Of a DNA stretch of 64,000 nt, positions 49,438 through 62,155 are shown piece after piece; within the stretch, counting starts at the first letter, position 1; every line of letters begins with the position of its first letter. The notes beneath the pieces are model-generated. The model had not been told where the DNA came from. It ran no database searches and saw only the letters and a program-made list of their open reading frames with translations. Location: contig NC_043006.1 of assembly GCF_006345805.1 (NCBI RefSeq), positions 69,564,001 through 69,628,000 on the forward strand, written 5' to 3'. This stretch comes from Octopus sinensis. Lineage: Eukaryota. A program made the translations under genes and the position numbers.

Positions 49438-49799
49438 CAGCATCTTTACTTGACCTGGCAGAAAGAATAGGATATTAGCTTGATTTGGCCTGTTTTTCTT
49501 TTAGATTTTCTTGTAACTATTATGTTACATGGCGCAAGCGAGAATATATCTCTCTTAAGAGTGTGAAGTTGCTTGAGTTACTGCGTACGTAATCTCACAC
49601 GGAAGGCGGAGAAGTACGCCCAGATCAGTATAGGATACTGCTACCAACAAGTGTCTGTACATTTATCTGATTTCAATTATGGTATTATTTGGTGTGATTA
49701 TAATGTACTTATTTCGGCCTAGTACTAAAAGCTAAATCTAGCAAAACCAGTTGCTAAAGATTTCTATGTTTTAAAATAGGTTAGATATGTTTCAGCGAA

Positions 49800-50040
49800 G
49801 GTTATTATAGAAATTACGACACGCGGTGTCTTACTAACGCTGTCGGTGTTAACAAGTGAAATACTGAGATTCTGAAAGCGTCACAGATATAAACAAATTT
49901 GATATTAATCAAGATGGCTGCCTTGTTTGATAGAAAATTCGCGAAAGTTACAATAATGGCGGAAAGCATCAGCCGTATAAGTGAAATTGCGCGAAACCTT
50001 ATGCATTTAGTACATTTAATCAGTTCGTTACAAATAAACA
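49800..50040 (+). promoter_or_regulatory. CpG-rich patch with YY1-like motifs
   Basis: caagatggctgcc and taatggcgg amid several CpGs. Confidence 0.25.
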
Positions 50041-50159
50041 ATAGACAGACAGACAGACAGACAGATAGATAGAAGGTTGTTTGTTATGGCTGTCAGAGAC
50101 TGGCCACTTTTAAGGAGCTTAGCTGTATACGAGACTCGACATGCATAGATACGTGTGCG

Positions 50160-50191
<32 letters not shown>

Positions 50192-50227
50192 ATATAGATA
50201 GATAGATAGATAGATACGTGTGCGTAT

Positions 50228-50261
<34 letters not shown>

Positions 50262-50341
50262 GATAGATAGATAGATAGATACGTGTGCGTATATATATAT
50301 ATATATATATTTAGATAGATAGATAGATAGATACGTGTGCG

Positions 50342-50373
<32 letters not shown>

Positions 50374-50600
50374 AGTGTGTATAAGTATATATGTATTTAT
50401 GCATATATATAAGCATATATGTATGTATATATATAAGCATATATGTATATAAACATATGTATGCATATACATATATAAGCATATATGTATGCATGTACAT
50501 ATATAAGCATATATGTATGCATGTACATATATAAGCATATATGTATGCACGTACATATATAAGCATATATGTATGTATGCATATATACATACATAGATAT
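50160..50600. repeat. Two minisatellites: (TA)n(GATA)n-acgtgtgcg, and 28-bp atatataagcatatatgtatgcatgtac
   Basis: Direct inspection. Confidence 0.85.
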
Positions 50601-50994
50601 ATGTATATATGTATGTATATAAATTCACAAATGTACACATGTGTTTTATTTTTCATTCTTGAAATTAATTTAAGAAATGTTTTCGCAGCTGTTGTATTCC
50701 GCTGTCAGAGTGAGGATACACACACACACACTCGTCATCACCACTGACACATTCATTCATTCACACACACACACACAGATACGTCTGTCTACATTTAACT
50801 AAACTGTCTACCCTACGCTCCCTGCTTCGCACCCTTTGTCCACTCGTCATAGCTACCCTGGTCTCCCACCCGCTCATAGTCTCTTCCATCACTCTTTGCA
50901 GCTTTGCAGATGTATTTTACGCATAAATATGTTGATAACGTAAAAGTGTATGTAATAGAATGTGTGTGTGCGTGCGTATAAGAGAGAGAGAGTG

Positions 50995-51009
50995 TGTGTG
51001 TGTGTGTGT

Positions 51010-51053
<44 letters not shown>

Positions 51054-52278
51054 AAGAAAGAAAGAAAGAAAAAAAGAAAGAAAAAAAGAAAGAAAGAAAG
51101 AAGAAAAAAGTAGAGGAGAGAGACGAGGGGAGGGAGGAAAGGGATATACTAAGAGATAATTGGGAATCAAAAAGGAGGAAGATATAGAGATAGAGCAATA
51201 GAGGAAGAGGGAAGGATAGATCGAGCAGAAAGGAGAATATAGCGAGAGATGCAAGAAGGAGGACAAGTAAGAGGAATAATAGTTAGAACTAGAAATAGAA
51301 GGGGTTGAGAAGGATAGGAAAAGTACAGAAATGAGAAAGGATGAGCGATAGAGAAATATGTTGGAGTGAGAGGGAGAAGGTTGGAAAAGTGATGTCTGTC
51401 CAATTCTGTGAAATTAAGTTTGTTACGGGCTGATAGAGGTTTTAATCTCTGTATATGTGTGTGTGTGTGTGTATGTCTGCGTGTGCTTTCTCGCTCTCAT
51501 ACACATATATGTTATACAAGGTACGTATGTAAGCAATTAAAAGCAGAAAGGTTAACGCAATGGTAGCTTACAGAACGCCATATATTTTGCTTACAGTTTG
51601 ATATTACGTCAATGCGTGATAACTATTAGTTTCGCACTTAAATGGTTCTTCGGGTAATGTGAAGTAAAGCATTTTTTTAAAAATTTCACTTTCATATTCA
51701 ATTCTTCGGAAATAGTGACGGTTTTCTGTTCTGTTTTCAGGTGTCAACATGTGTATGTCTTTTGACCGTTTTATTGGTGAAAATCTGTGATGTTTATGGG
51801 TTGTGCGTAAATGTTATCGTACATATATATGTCTATCATTATCTGTTGAAGTGCCTGCGAGTGCATGCGTGTGTGTGTGTATATACATGCATGGAATCGT
51901 GTGAGTGCGTTTTGAAACGCCATGATGGTAATTAATGTGTGTCAAGAGAAAAGAGGAAAATATATTTTTCTTTTCCAATCGAGCTATTTTATTGGAAAGA
52001 CATGATCCGATATATTGAATTAGTGCATATTTCGTTTATTTAAGGACAAATGATAGCATTGCTATTAGGGAGATCACAAGGATGTTATTGGTAGTTAAGG
52101 CGTGAAATGCTATTTCAAACGGGAAAAGGAAAAATGCCGTGTTCGTTTAATTTCCAAATATATGGATAGGAACGTGAAACTATGAGTAGCAGTGTTTTGT
52201 GATATTTTGTGATGTTTTTGCAGCTTTAATAAGTGTATGTGCGTGCGTGTGTGTGTGTGTTGTGTGTGTGTGTGTGTG

Positions 52279-52336
<58 letters not shown>

Positions 52337-53540
52337 AAGAAAGAAGAAAAAAAGAAAGAAAGAAAGAAGAAAAAAGTAGAGGAGAGAGACGAGGGGAGGG
52401 AGGAAAGGGATATACTAAGAGATAATTGGGAATCAAAAAGGAGGAAGATATAGAGATAGAGCAATAGAGGAAGAGGGAAGGATAGATCGAGCAGAAAGGA
52501 GAATATAGCGAGAGATGCAAGAAGGAGGACAAGTAAGAGGGAATAATAGTTAGAACTAGAAATAGAAGGGGTTGAGAAGGATAGGAAAAGTACAGAAATG
52601 AGAAAGGATGAGCGATAGAGAAATATGTTGGAGTGAGAGGGAGAAGGTTGGAAAAGTGATGTCTGTCCAATTCTGTGAAATTAAGTTTGTTACGGGCTGA
52701 TAGAGGTTTTAATCTCTGTATATGTGTGTGTGTGTGTATGTCTGCGTGTGCTTTCTCGCTCTCATACACATATATGTTATACAAGGTACGTATGTAAGCA
52801 ATTAAAAGCAGAAAGGTTAACGCAATGGTAGCTTACAGAACGCCATATATTTTGCTTACAGTTTGATATTACGTCAATGCGTGATAACTATTAGTTTCGC
52901 ACTTAAATGGTTCTTCGGGTAATGTGAAGTAAAGCATTTTTTTAAAAATTTCACTTTCATATTCAATTCTTCGGAAATAGTGACGGTTTTCTGTTCTGTT
53001 TTCAGGTGTCAACATGTGTATGTCTTTTGACCGTTTTATTGGTGAAAATCTGTGATGTTTATGGGTTGTGCGTAAATGTTATCGTACATATATATGTCTA
53101 TCATTATCTGTTGAAGTGCCTGCGAGTGCATGCGTGTGTGTGTGTATATACATGCATGGAATCGTGTGAGTGCGTTTTGAACGCCATGATGGTAATTAAT
53201 GTGTGTCAAGAGAAAAGAGGAAAATATATTTTTCTTTTCCAATCGAGCTATTTTATTGGAAAGACATGATCCGATATATTGAATTAGTGCATATTTCGTT
53301 TATTTAAGGACAAATGATAGCATTGCTATTAGGGAGATCACAAGGATGTTATTGGTAGTTAAGGCGTGAAATGCTATTTCAAACGGGAAAAGGAAAAATG
53401 CCGTGTTCGTTTAATTTCCAAATATATGGATAGGAACGTGAAACTATGAGTAGCAGTGTTTTGTGATATTTTGTGATGTTTTTGCAGCTTTAATAAGTGT
53501 ATGTGCGTGCGTGTGTGTGTGTGTGTGGTGTGTGTGTGTA
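50995..53540 (+). repeat. Near-identical 1.27-kb tandem duplication
   Basis: tagaggagag at 51111 and 52377, gtgtcaacatg at 51741 and 53006. Junctions lie in (GT)n tracts. Confidence 0.92.
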
Positions 53541-53608
53541 CAGATAGATAGATAGATAGATAAAACGAATTCGCGTATATTCCATCTTCCATACACAACA
53601 CTTAGATA

Positions 53609-53641
53609 GATAGGTCAGTCGGTAGAGCATCAGACTTTTAA
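53609..53641 (+). pseudogene. tRNA-Lys(UUU) 5'-half fragment fused to SINE A body
   Basis: gataggtcagtcggtagagcatcagacttttaa differs by one base from the conserved metazoan tRNA-Lys(TTT) segment GATAGCTCAGTCGGTAGAGCATCAGACTTTTAA (recalled sequence). Confidence 0.75.
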
Positions 53642-54187
53642 GCTTGCTTCACAACCACGTGGTACAGAGTTCAGTCCCACTGCGTGGCACGTTGGGCAAG
53701 TGTCTTCTATTGTAGCCTCGGGTCGACCAAAACCTTTTGACTAGATTTGGTAGACGGAAACTGAAAGAAGCCCGCCGTGTATATATATATAAACATGTAT
53801 GTATTTGTGAGTCTGTGTTTCTTCCCCCACCATCGCTTGACAACCGATGTTGGTGTGTTTACGTCCCCGTAATTTAGTAGTTAATCTAGTAGGTAGTCTA
53901 TCGGTCTTTTTGCTGAACCGTTAAGGGGACGATAGACTACCTACTAGATTAACTACTAAATTACGGGGACGTAAACACAACAACATCGGTTGTCAAGCGA
54001 TACATACATACATGCTTATATATATATACGTCGAGCTTTCAGTTTCCGTCTACCAAATCCACTCACAAGGCTTTGGTCAGCGTTAGGCTATGGCAGAAGG
54101 CACTTCCCCAAGGTGCCGCACAGTGGGACTGGACCCGGAACTATGTGGTCGACAAGCAAGCTTCTTACCACACAATCACGCCTGCGC
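53642..54187. mobile_element. Tail-to-tail pair of SINE A copies with near-perfect inner inverted repeat
   Basis: + copy 53642-53880 and - copy 53960-54187. Inner arms 53832-53903 and 53930-54001 match at 71/72. Confidence 0.88.
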
Positions 54188-54302
54188 CTCTGTTTGTTTT
54201 TATGTGAAGTTATATAGAAAAACAACTTAACATTAATATAAATGATTGCTGAATACGTTTTAGTGGAGATCATGCTTATTGTTCTTTACTAGGAAAAGGT
54301 TG

Positions 54303-54480
54303 GGCGCAGGAGTGGCTGTGTGGTAAGTAGCTTGCTTACCAACTAGATGGTTCTCGGTTCCGTCCCACCGCGTGGCACCTTGGGCAAGTGTTTTCTGCTA
54401 TAGCCTCGGGCCAAAGCCTTGTGAGTGGATTTGGTAGACAGAAACTGAAAGAAGCCCATCGTATATATGTATATATATGT
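54303..54480 (+). mobile_element. SINE family A, 5' half
   Basis: ggcgcaggagtggctgtgtggtaagtagcttgcttacc. Confidence 0.88.
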
Positions 54481-55048
54481 AAGTGTGTGTATATGTTCAT
54501 GTGTGTGTGTGTGTGTGTGTATAGATATATGTGCGCATGCGTTTGTATATGCATATATACAGGTATATATAAGTATGTGTGTTTGGTACGTGTATGTGCA
54601 TGGGTATATGTATGCATGCGTGTATGGTTAAAGGTGTTCGTGCGCCCATGTGTGTGTATGTGTGGATAGGCGCATATGCACCTATGTGTTTATGTGGGTA
54701 TAGTTATATGTGCATATGTGTACTTGTATGTATAAAATTATATGTGAACGTGTGTGTTTGCATATGCAGCTCTCTCTCTCTCTCTCTCTCTCTCTCTAAG
54801 CCAGTCGACAGCAAAGTATTTTTTTAAGGCATACTGACATTCTTAGCAACAAAAACAGAGAAAAGAAAAGTTTACCATCAACAACCACAACAACATCCAT
54901 AGCAACACACTTAGCTACCTTAACAACAATAACAATTAGCCAGAACAACAAAAATCAGATTCCAGAGACAGTTCCTTGACTTTGTGTTCTCTGTTGTTTT
55001 TCTAGGTTACTTCCGGCATCACAAGTTGTTTTTATTTTATACATTCAG

Positions 55049-55152
55049 ACATGGAAATAGAAAAACTTCACTTACAACGAGATGTTTCTGATTTTCTTTA
55101 ACGTGACCTTTTACACACGTGTATGAAGCCGAGAATGTGCTTATGTGTAGAG
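55049..55152 (+). other. Candidate exon (UTR or first coding)
   Basis: T-rich tract plus CAG acceptor and perfect GAG|GTAAGT donor. All full-length frames contain stops; an internal ATG gives MKPRMCLCVE. Confidence 0.3.
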
Positions 55153-55429
55153 GTAAGTCAAGGTGTGTGATTATGGTTGCATTAGTGTGTGGTGTGTGTG
55201 TGTGTGTTCATGCGGGCATTTGTGCATGACAGTTTCACATACAGATGAAGACGAGTGAGACGGACAAATATGCGTAGAGACAGATAAGAAAATAAAGTGA
55301 TAGGGAAAATATGTAGCTAGACAGGCTAACAAACAACAGACAGAATGATAGATATGCAAATACGAATGGGTCGATAGACAGAGAGACAGAGACAGCAAAA
55401 TAGATAGACATACAGACAAATAGACAGAG

Positions 55430-55521
<92 letters not shown>

Positions 55522-55590
55522 GATAGATAGATAGATAGATAGATAAGATGGATAGATAGATAGATAAGATAGATGGATAGATAGATAAAT
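55430..55590. repeat. (GATA)n microsatellite
   Basis: Direct inspection. Confidence 0.95.
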
Positions 55591-55925
55591 AAATATTAGG
55601 TTTATACGTAGAAAGAAAAGCTTACGGAAAAGACCACGTGGGTCGATTTTAAGCCTGGTTCATATTCTATAGGTCACTTATGCCGAACCGTTATGTTACG
55701 AGAACGTAAACAAACCAACACCAGTTGTCAAGCGGTTGTGGTGGACAAAACATGCACAAAGACATACATGCATGCATGTATACAATACACACACACACTA
55801 TATATATACACACACAAATACATACACACACTCACTCACAAACACACACACACATATATATAACCATGGTGGTGCTCTAGCATAACCACGGCCGCATACA
55901 GCCAACCTGAGAGTATATATAAATA

Positions 55926-56153
55926 CAATAATCCCTCGCCACATCGCGGTTCACCTATCGCGGTTTATCTTACGCGATAGGTTTAAGCTTACGTCAATTC
56001 CTCTGTGGTGTTGTTTTGCATTTATAATAAAATAAATACATACAAATTATAAAAATAATAGAATAAATATACAGTACTGTTTCTACTTTCCGGATTTTCA
56101 CCTATCGCGGAGGTTTTTGGAACGTAACACCCGCGATAGTCGAGGGTTTACTG
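55926..56153. mobile_element. pogo/Tigger-like MITE, intact reference copy
   Basis: TIRs ca(a/g)taa(t/a)ccctcg..a.atcgcgg and cccgcgatagtcgagggtttactg, with TA on both sides. Confidence 0.85.
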
Positions 56154-56270
56154 TATATATATATAATTTTCTTTTTTCTTTACTATCACAGAGTTCAGAC
56201 AGCTTTCACATTTCACATGCCGCATTTTCATATCCTGGCATTGAATTAAACAGAACTGTCAGCATCACAG

Positions 56271-56365
56271 AATCTGAAGACGAAAGAGAATGTTGTGTTG
56301 ATTTCATTTGAACTAACGGCAGAGAAAGAAATGTTTGGGAAGGAATTCTCAGAAGATAATGCCAG
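56271..56365 (+). CDS. Candidate internal exon NLKTKENVVLISFELTAEKEMFGKEFSEDNA
   Basis: CAG|GTATTT donor at 56366. The frame is open from an acceptor at 56270 (or 56253). The stronger acceptor at 56191 gives stops in all frames. Confidence 0.25.
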
Positions 56366-56675
56366 GTATTTGTTACACCGGAATCCAAAAACCTAGTTTT
56401 CAGTGTCATGCGAATGTGATCACAATCTATATAGTTTCTCGTCTTTTATTTTCTCTTTCTTATCTTCTATCTTTTCTCCTCGTTTCTTTCTCTATCACAA
56501 AACATCTATCTTTCTCCGTCTCTTCTGTTTCTCTCTCGGTCTTTTGCTCTTTGTATCTGTCTGTCTGTCTGTATCTCGTAGTATGTCATTTATTTTCTAT
56601 GTATATTCATCTGAAATTCTTCTATGCTATCTTGTAATTTCTTCCTCTCAATTAAAATTTGCTTGTTCAACAACC

Positions 56676-56854
56676 TATCACGGCTGTGTGGTAAGAAGCT
56701 TGCTCCCCAATCACATGGTTCCAGGTTCAGTCCCAGCGTGTGGTACCTTGGGCAACTACTATAATCTCGGGCTGACCAAAGCCTTGTGAGTAGATGTGGT
56801 AGACGGAAACTGAAAGAATCCCGTCGTATAGATATATGTGTGTGTGTGTGTGTG

Positions 56855-56887
<33 letters not shown>

Positions 56888-57100
56888 TCTATGTTTGTCC
56901 CTCCCCCTGCCATCGCTTGACAACCAATGCTGGTATGTTTATGTCCCCGTAACTTAGCAGTTTGGCTAAAGAGACCGATCCGATAGAATAAGTACTATGC
57001 CTACAAAGAATAAGTCCTAGGGTCGATTTCTTCGACCAAAATGCTTTAAGGGCGTGCTCCAGCATGGCCGCGGCGAAATGACAGAAACAAGTAAAAGAAT
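56676..57100 (+). mobile_element. SINE family A, full length
   Basis: Matches the reference copy. Confidence 0.88.
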
Positions 57101-57659
57101 ACATACATATACGTGTTTGTGCGCGCGCGTGTTTGTATTATTCATGTATGCATGTATGTATTCATGTATGTGTGTACAGATGTATACTCACACGCAAACA
57201 CACACTCATATATGCAAACATATCTGCACAATCTAACACACCAGGGACAAAATTAAACCAAACAGTCTACCGAAAACAATATCAGATTACGACTAGAAAG
57301 TCAACCATTTTTTTTTCAGAACATTGAATTCCTAAAAATCTCTTAGATAATTTTCTTTCCTACTCTTTGTAAATCTTTTGGACTGGAGTAACTTAAAGAA
57401 TAACAGAAACAATAAAAAACAAAATAACTGTACAACGAAAGTTCAGTCTTCTTGTCTGCGCATTTCTTCAGCGGGATAATATTTCAACGAAGCAGACGAT
57501 AATATTTCACTGAGGCAGACGATAATAAGTGCCGTTATGCCGGCTCCCTAAAAAGATTGTGACAGTGTGCCCTACTTTCAATGACGACACCAAATCTCAG
57601 ACTTTCGTATTTTGTTATCTGATTTACTGTCTGTAAGATAGCATCAACATCTTTATGGT

Positions 57660-58030
57660 CACTGTTCCTGCTGTCTTCGTTGTTGCAGTCGTCATCATCA
57701 TCATCATCAATACCATTTTCATCTTCGCAGTCGCCAAATTCGTCATCGGTTTCATCGCTATTACTGTCGTCGTCGCCATCATGGTTCGTCATTATCATCA
57801 TCACCGTCGTCGTCATCATTATTATGATCGTCTTTATCATCATCAACAAAGCCGTCGATTTCATCATCATCATCTTCGATATCGTCATCATCATCACCAT
57901 CGTCAACATCACCACCGTAGATATTATCATCATCATGGCTGTAGTCATCATTAACATCATCATCGTTGTTATCGTACTTGTCATCATCGTCATCATCGCT
58001 TTCATCACTATCATCAGCCGCAGCAGCAGC
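57660..58030. repeat. (CAT/CGT)n trinucleotide tract
   Basis: Direct inspection. Confidence 0.88.
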
Positions 58031-58143
58031 AGCCGTTCAAAAATTTGGACCTGGAGATCTCCATTTCCAGCGACTTCGAGAGCCACCTCCCAGTGGTGTC
58101 GGGGGTCAACGAAGAGCTCCTCAGCTACAACAAGACGACCAAA
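58018..58143 (+). CDS. Candidate coding exon PQQQQPFKNLDLEISISSDFESHLPVVSGVNEELLSYNKTTK
   Basis: 31 of 36 codons from ccg ttc to acg acc end in G/C in an AT-rich context, and the frame is open for 126 nt. Splice sites are only moderate, and the antisense frame is also open. Confidence 0.4.
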
Positions 58144-58512
58144 GTTTTTCTTTTTCAAGTCTGGGGTCTCCCGTGCCTAAGCCCTAGACCATCACATAAC
58201 CACCCTTACCCGTCTTGTTGCTTAACAACAACAACAACAACAACAGCAGCAGCAGTTGCTGCACGTCCTTGTTTCATGTAATCAAATTCTTATGAAATCA
58301 ACTTTGCCTTTTCTCCATCAGGAATCAATCAATTCTCTGCTCCAAGATTGGTTACTATCTACTAGGTGTCACTTCTCACTTCCAATAATACTCACAGTTA
58401 TTCAGATGACATCACCCTTCGTTCCTTTGGTTTTTTTGGGCGGGGGTGGGGGGTTGACACAAACGCAATAGAGACAGCTTATGCCAAACCGTGTTGATAC
58501 CTAAGTATATTA

Positions 58513-58712
58513 CAGTAAAGGTAAAGTTTTCTTCTCGACTCCTAAGGGCCGGTTCTCGGTTTCCACGACGTATATATTCCCCATCTGGATAGGACCCTCA
58601 CAGTATTACTCATGTTTGCCAGTTGAGGGACTGGAGCAATGTGATATGAAGTGTTTTGCTCAAGAGCACAACACATCGCCCAGTCCAGGAATCGAAACCA
58701 GTAAGCCACGCG
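58513..58712 (-). mobile_element. CORE-type SINE with aaaggtaaag-type tail
   Basis: Reverse complement: gtttcgattcc B-box, tgtgttgtgctcttgagcaaaacacttc CORE, tail ending ctttacctttac. Confidence 0.7.
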
Positions 58713-59181
58713 TCAGTGTGAGTAGGGGAGGCTTATCACTGTTGCTTCATTCAACATCACGAAGAATTAACTATACGAATCAATAAAACAAACTAATCTA
58801 AACACAGGAGGCACTTAACTCGAACCTACATGATCTCTACAAGTGCTATGCTTCATCACCAGTGAGAATATGAGGGTCTTTCTTTGTAAATCCACATCAA
58901 TCCATAGTAAAGATTGCATCTAAAATTCTAGCCTTTTTTCTTCAGACACAGAAAACACCTCATCTTACTCTACAACCACTAAGCTTCTACAGACCTCAAG
59001 TGAGGATTACATTGACGTAATCCTCTCACTTCTGTAACAGTTGTTGCTGTTACAAACACACGTCTAGTGCTCCATAGCTTCATCTACGAACATTTCATAA
59101 TATATCTGAGTCTACAGTTCTATATTTAAGAGATAAGGAATTATTTACATTATTTACATTAACCACTTTCCATATGCCCAC

Positions 59182-59434
59182 GGATATATGACGTAGGGGT
59201 TAAGAGCGCGGGCTACTAACCCCAAGATTCCGAGTTCGATTCCAAGCAGTGACCTGAACAATAACAATAATAATAATAATAATAACAACAACATCGAAAA
59301 ATACCTTATGAATTAGAATACAGGTTCGAAATTTCCCCAAGAGACCAGAAAAGAGCTGGAGGGTTTACCAGCCGAAACGTTGTGTTAACAACAAACAAGA
59401 TGAGGATAGATATCCGTTGAATCTAAATAATGTA
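59182..59434 (+). mobile_element. tRNA-headed SINE (family H) with hammerhead-like 3' module
   Basis: A box tgacgtagggg, B box gagttcgattcc, (AAT)n spacer, then agac-CAGAAAA-g-agctg..cagcc-GAAA-cg-tt-gtgt. Preceded by inverted remnants of its own head and tail. Confidence 0.7.
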
Positions 59435-59683
59435 TATCTGATTCTACATATTCTGTACACAGCTATGAGAGAATCCAGTACTTCTTTGGTATGCTTACTT
59501 GCAATTTAACTTTGTAAATGTTGTTGTTGATGATGATGACGACGACGACGACGTCGACGATTACATTTTGTTGTTGTTATTTTTGTTACCGTCACATGTG
59601 TTGCTTGTTAAATACATTAGTTGAGACTCAAAAGGAAACTATATTAGATAAACGTGAATTAACGAAGACTGCATGTGCAATGC

Positions 59684-59735
<52 letters not shown>

Positions 59736-59949
59736 CGAGCTGCCACAGGATTCCTGTCGACTAAATTTAATCACAAGATTAAGTCGAGCCCCAGGTGAAA
59801 GTGAAAAGACACTTAACCAAGGACCTCACAGTGACATTGAACCCGAAAACATGTGGTTACACAGCAAATCTCTTAACGACATAATCATGCTTATGCTACA
59901 TACATACATACGTGCTCACACACGTTCTGCGCATACACACACTTCACTT

Positions 59950-60030
59950 ATGTATGTATGTATGTATGTATGTATGTATGTATGTATGTATGTATGTATG
60001 TATGTATGTATGTATGTATGTATGTATGTA
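59950..60030. repeat. (ATGT)n microsatellite
   Basis: Direct inspection. Confidence 0.95.
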
Positions 60031-60937
60031 TAGAGATATATGCTTGCGTTTGAGCGTGCGTTTGTTGTGTGAAAATATAGCAATTATGAAGTTTGCATTC
60101 CGGAAAATGAGATTTCATATGCGTAGATTCTTATATTGAAGCAGTCACACACACACACACACACCACACACACACACACACGCAGACATACATAAAAGTA
60201 TATATTATACGCACATACATGTGTGTATGTTTGCATATATGTTGGGTTATAGCATTTGTGTGCATGTTTGTGGACGCTGTGTACACATGCTTCAAAGTGT
60301 CAACGTATACATATACGTATGTATGTATATATGTGTATGTGTAAGCACAAAATGTGTCCGTATATGTATATATCGTTCTGTTTACATATGTATATATATA
60401 TGTTATATATATATATTTTTTTTTTAATGTGGGAGAATGCTTTTATCTGTATACTTAATTAACGAAGTTAGAAGAAAATATTTTGTAAATTATATTTACT
60501 TTATTAAATTCTGCGTATATATATATATATATATATATATTCCTAAATATTTTTATACACACACACACACACACAGTGTAACGTATTAGTGTGTGTGTGT
60601 CTGTGTCTCTGTGTGTTTGAGTGTAATGACGACGGGAAAAAACAGCGTACATACAGATTGTTATTGCAACAAAATCTTCACATAGACACACAGTGCCACT
60701 CACTTGTATCCAGAAAGACTTATTTTTGTCGCCCTCAATCTCTACAGAGAGAAGCCTACATTATCAGAGGTCTGTCTCTGTATATTATTTATATGTAATG
60801 TCAGTACGCGTGTATATTTATATCTGCTTCAAAATTAAATTAAACAAATTTGATAAAATCGTATTTGATATCATGAGTGGTTGCTGTTCATTATACAAAT
60901 TTCACACACACACACACACAATGCATACATATATATG

Positions 60938-61000
<63 letters not shown>

Positions 61001-61219
61001 CTGGTAAACTTGTCTTGTCAAATGCTTCTTTGAAACCTCATGTGGTGTATGTTCTCTAAGCTGTCAAATTCAGATAAATCCGCCTCTTTTCTGAACACAC
61101 TCGCCGCACAGACTTATACTCTTCCAGTGAATGTCTCTCAGCAGTTTAGAACTTAAATCCCCTGCCGATGAGTGTTTGCTTTACCTCAAAAACCAGCACA
61201 TACATACACACATACATAC

Positions 61220-61370
61220 ATGCATACACAGACAGCTAGAGAGAGACACACAGACAGACAGCTAGAGAGAGACACACAGACAGACAGCTAGAGAGAGGGA
61301 GAGACGCAGACAGCTAGAGAGAGAGAGAGACAGGCAGCTAGAAATAGAAAGAGAGTGAGAGACAGACAAC

Positions 61371-61412
<42 letters not shown>
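61220..61412. repeat. gacagctagagagag minisatellite plus (GA)n
   Basis: Direct inspection. Confidence 0.85.
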
Positions 61413-61414
<2 letters not shown>

Positions 61415-62155
61415 AACAGACTGCTTAACAGACAGACAGACAGGTAGATAGATGAGTGTTTTTAGGACAGTACTTACAAGCGTAAATCGTTACTTAAAAA
61501 TATTAAAACAGTTATTACAAATATCAGACAGGTTCTACAAGTAGAGTATTAAGACGGAAGTAAGGTAATGTTTACGTGTATTATAATTTTATTGGGTTAG
61601 TGTTAAGGTAGATATTAAAACGTTAAATATTTATTAGGATATTTTTAAGGTAAACTAGATGTAAGCTGTATATTAAATATAAGTTATATATCAAACAGAT
61701 ATTAAGATATTATTTAAGATAAACCTCATGTGTGGATGAAGACACAGCATGCCGAAACTTCGGTGTCTTATGAGCTGAGTGTGTTGAACATATTGTAGTC
61801 GTAAATGGGAGAAGTTGTTCTCCCATGACGTACACTACAGCTATTAGCATATTGTATATTCGAACCTGCTTGAACCTATTCAGAATAAATACACATGTAA
61901 TCGTTTTAACAATATTTCAATCTCAATTAAAAGCATTCCACGTATGACCATCCTGCCTTTAATTTCAAGAATCAGCTTTTTCTTTTTCCAGCCCGTTTAT
62001 CCGTCCCGTATGGTCTAAATGGAGGGAGAGTTTGCTACTATTACTGATATATTTACAGTGTGAAAGTTTAATTTAATCCTGCAGAGGTAATATTTTCCAG
62101 CGCAGAAAGCTTTCAACTATTGTTAGTGTGAGATTTTTTTTATATTTCCGAACAG

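Noticed and set aside
61730-61775. Additional hammerhead-like strings (also 4485-4505, 42865-42900, 62295)
   Set aside because: The core or stems are too degraded to distinguish from chance.
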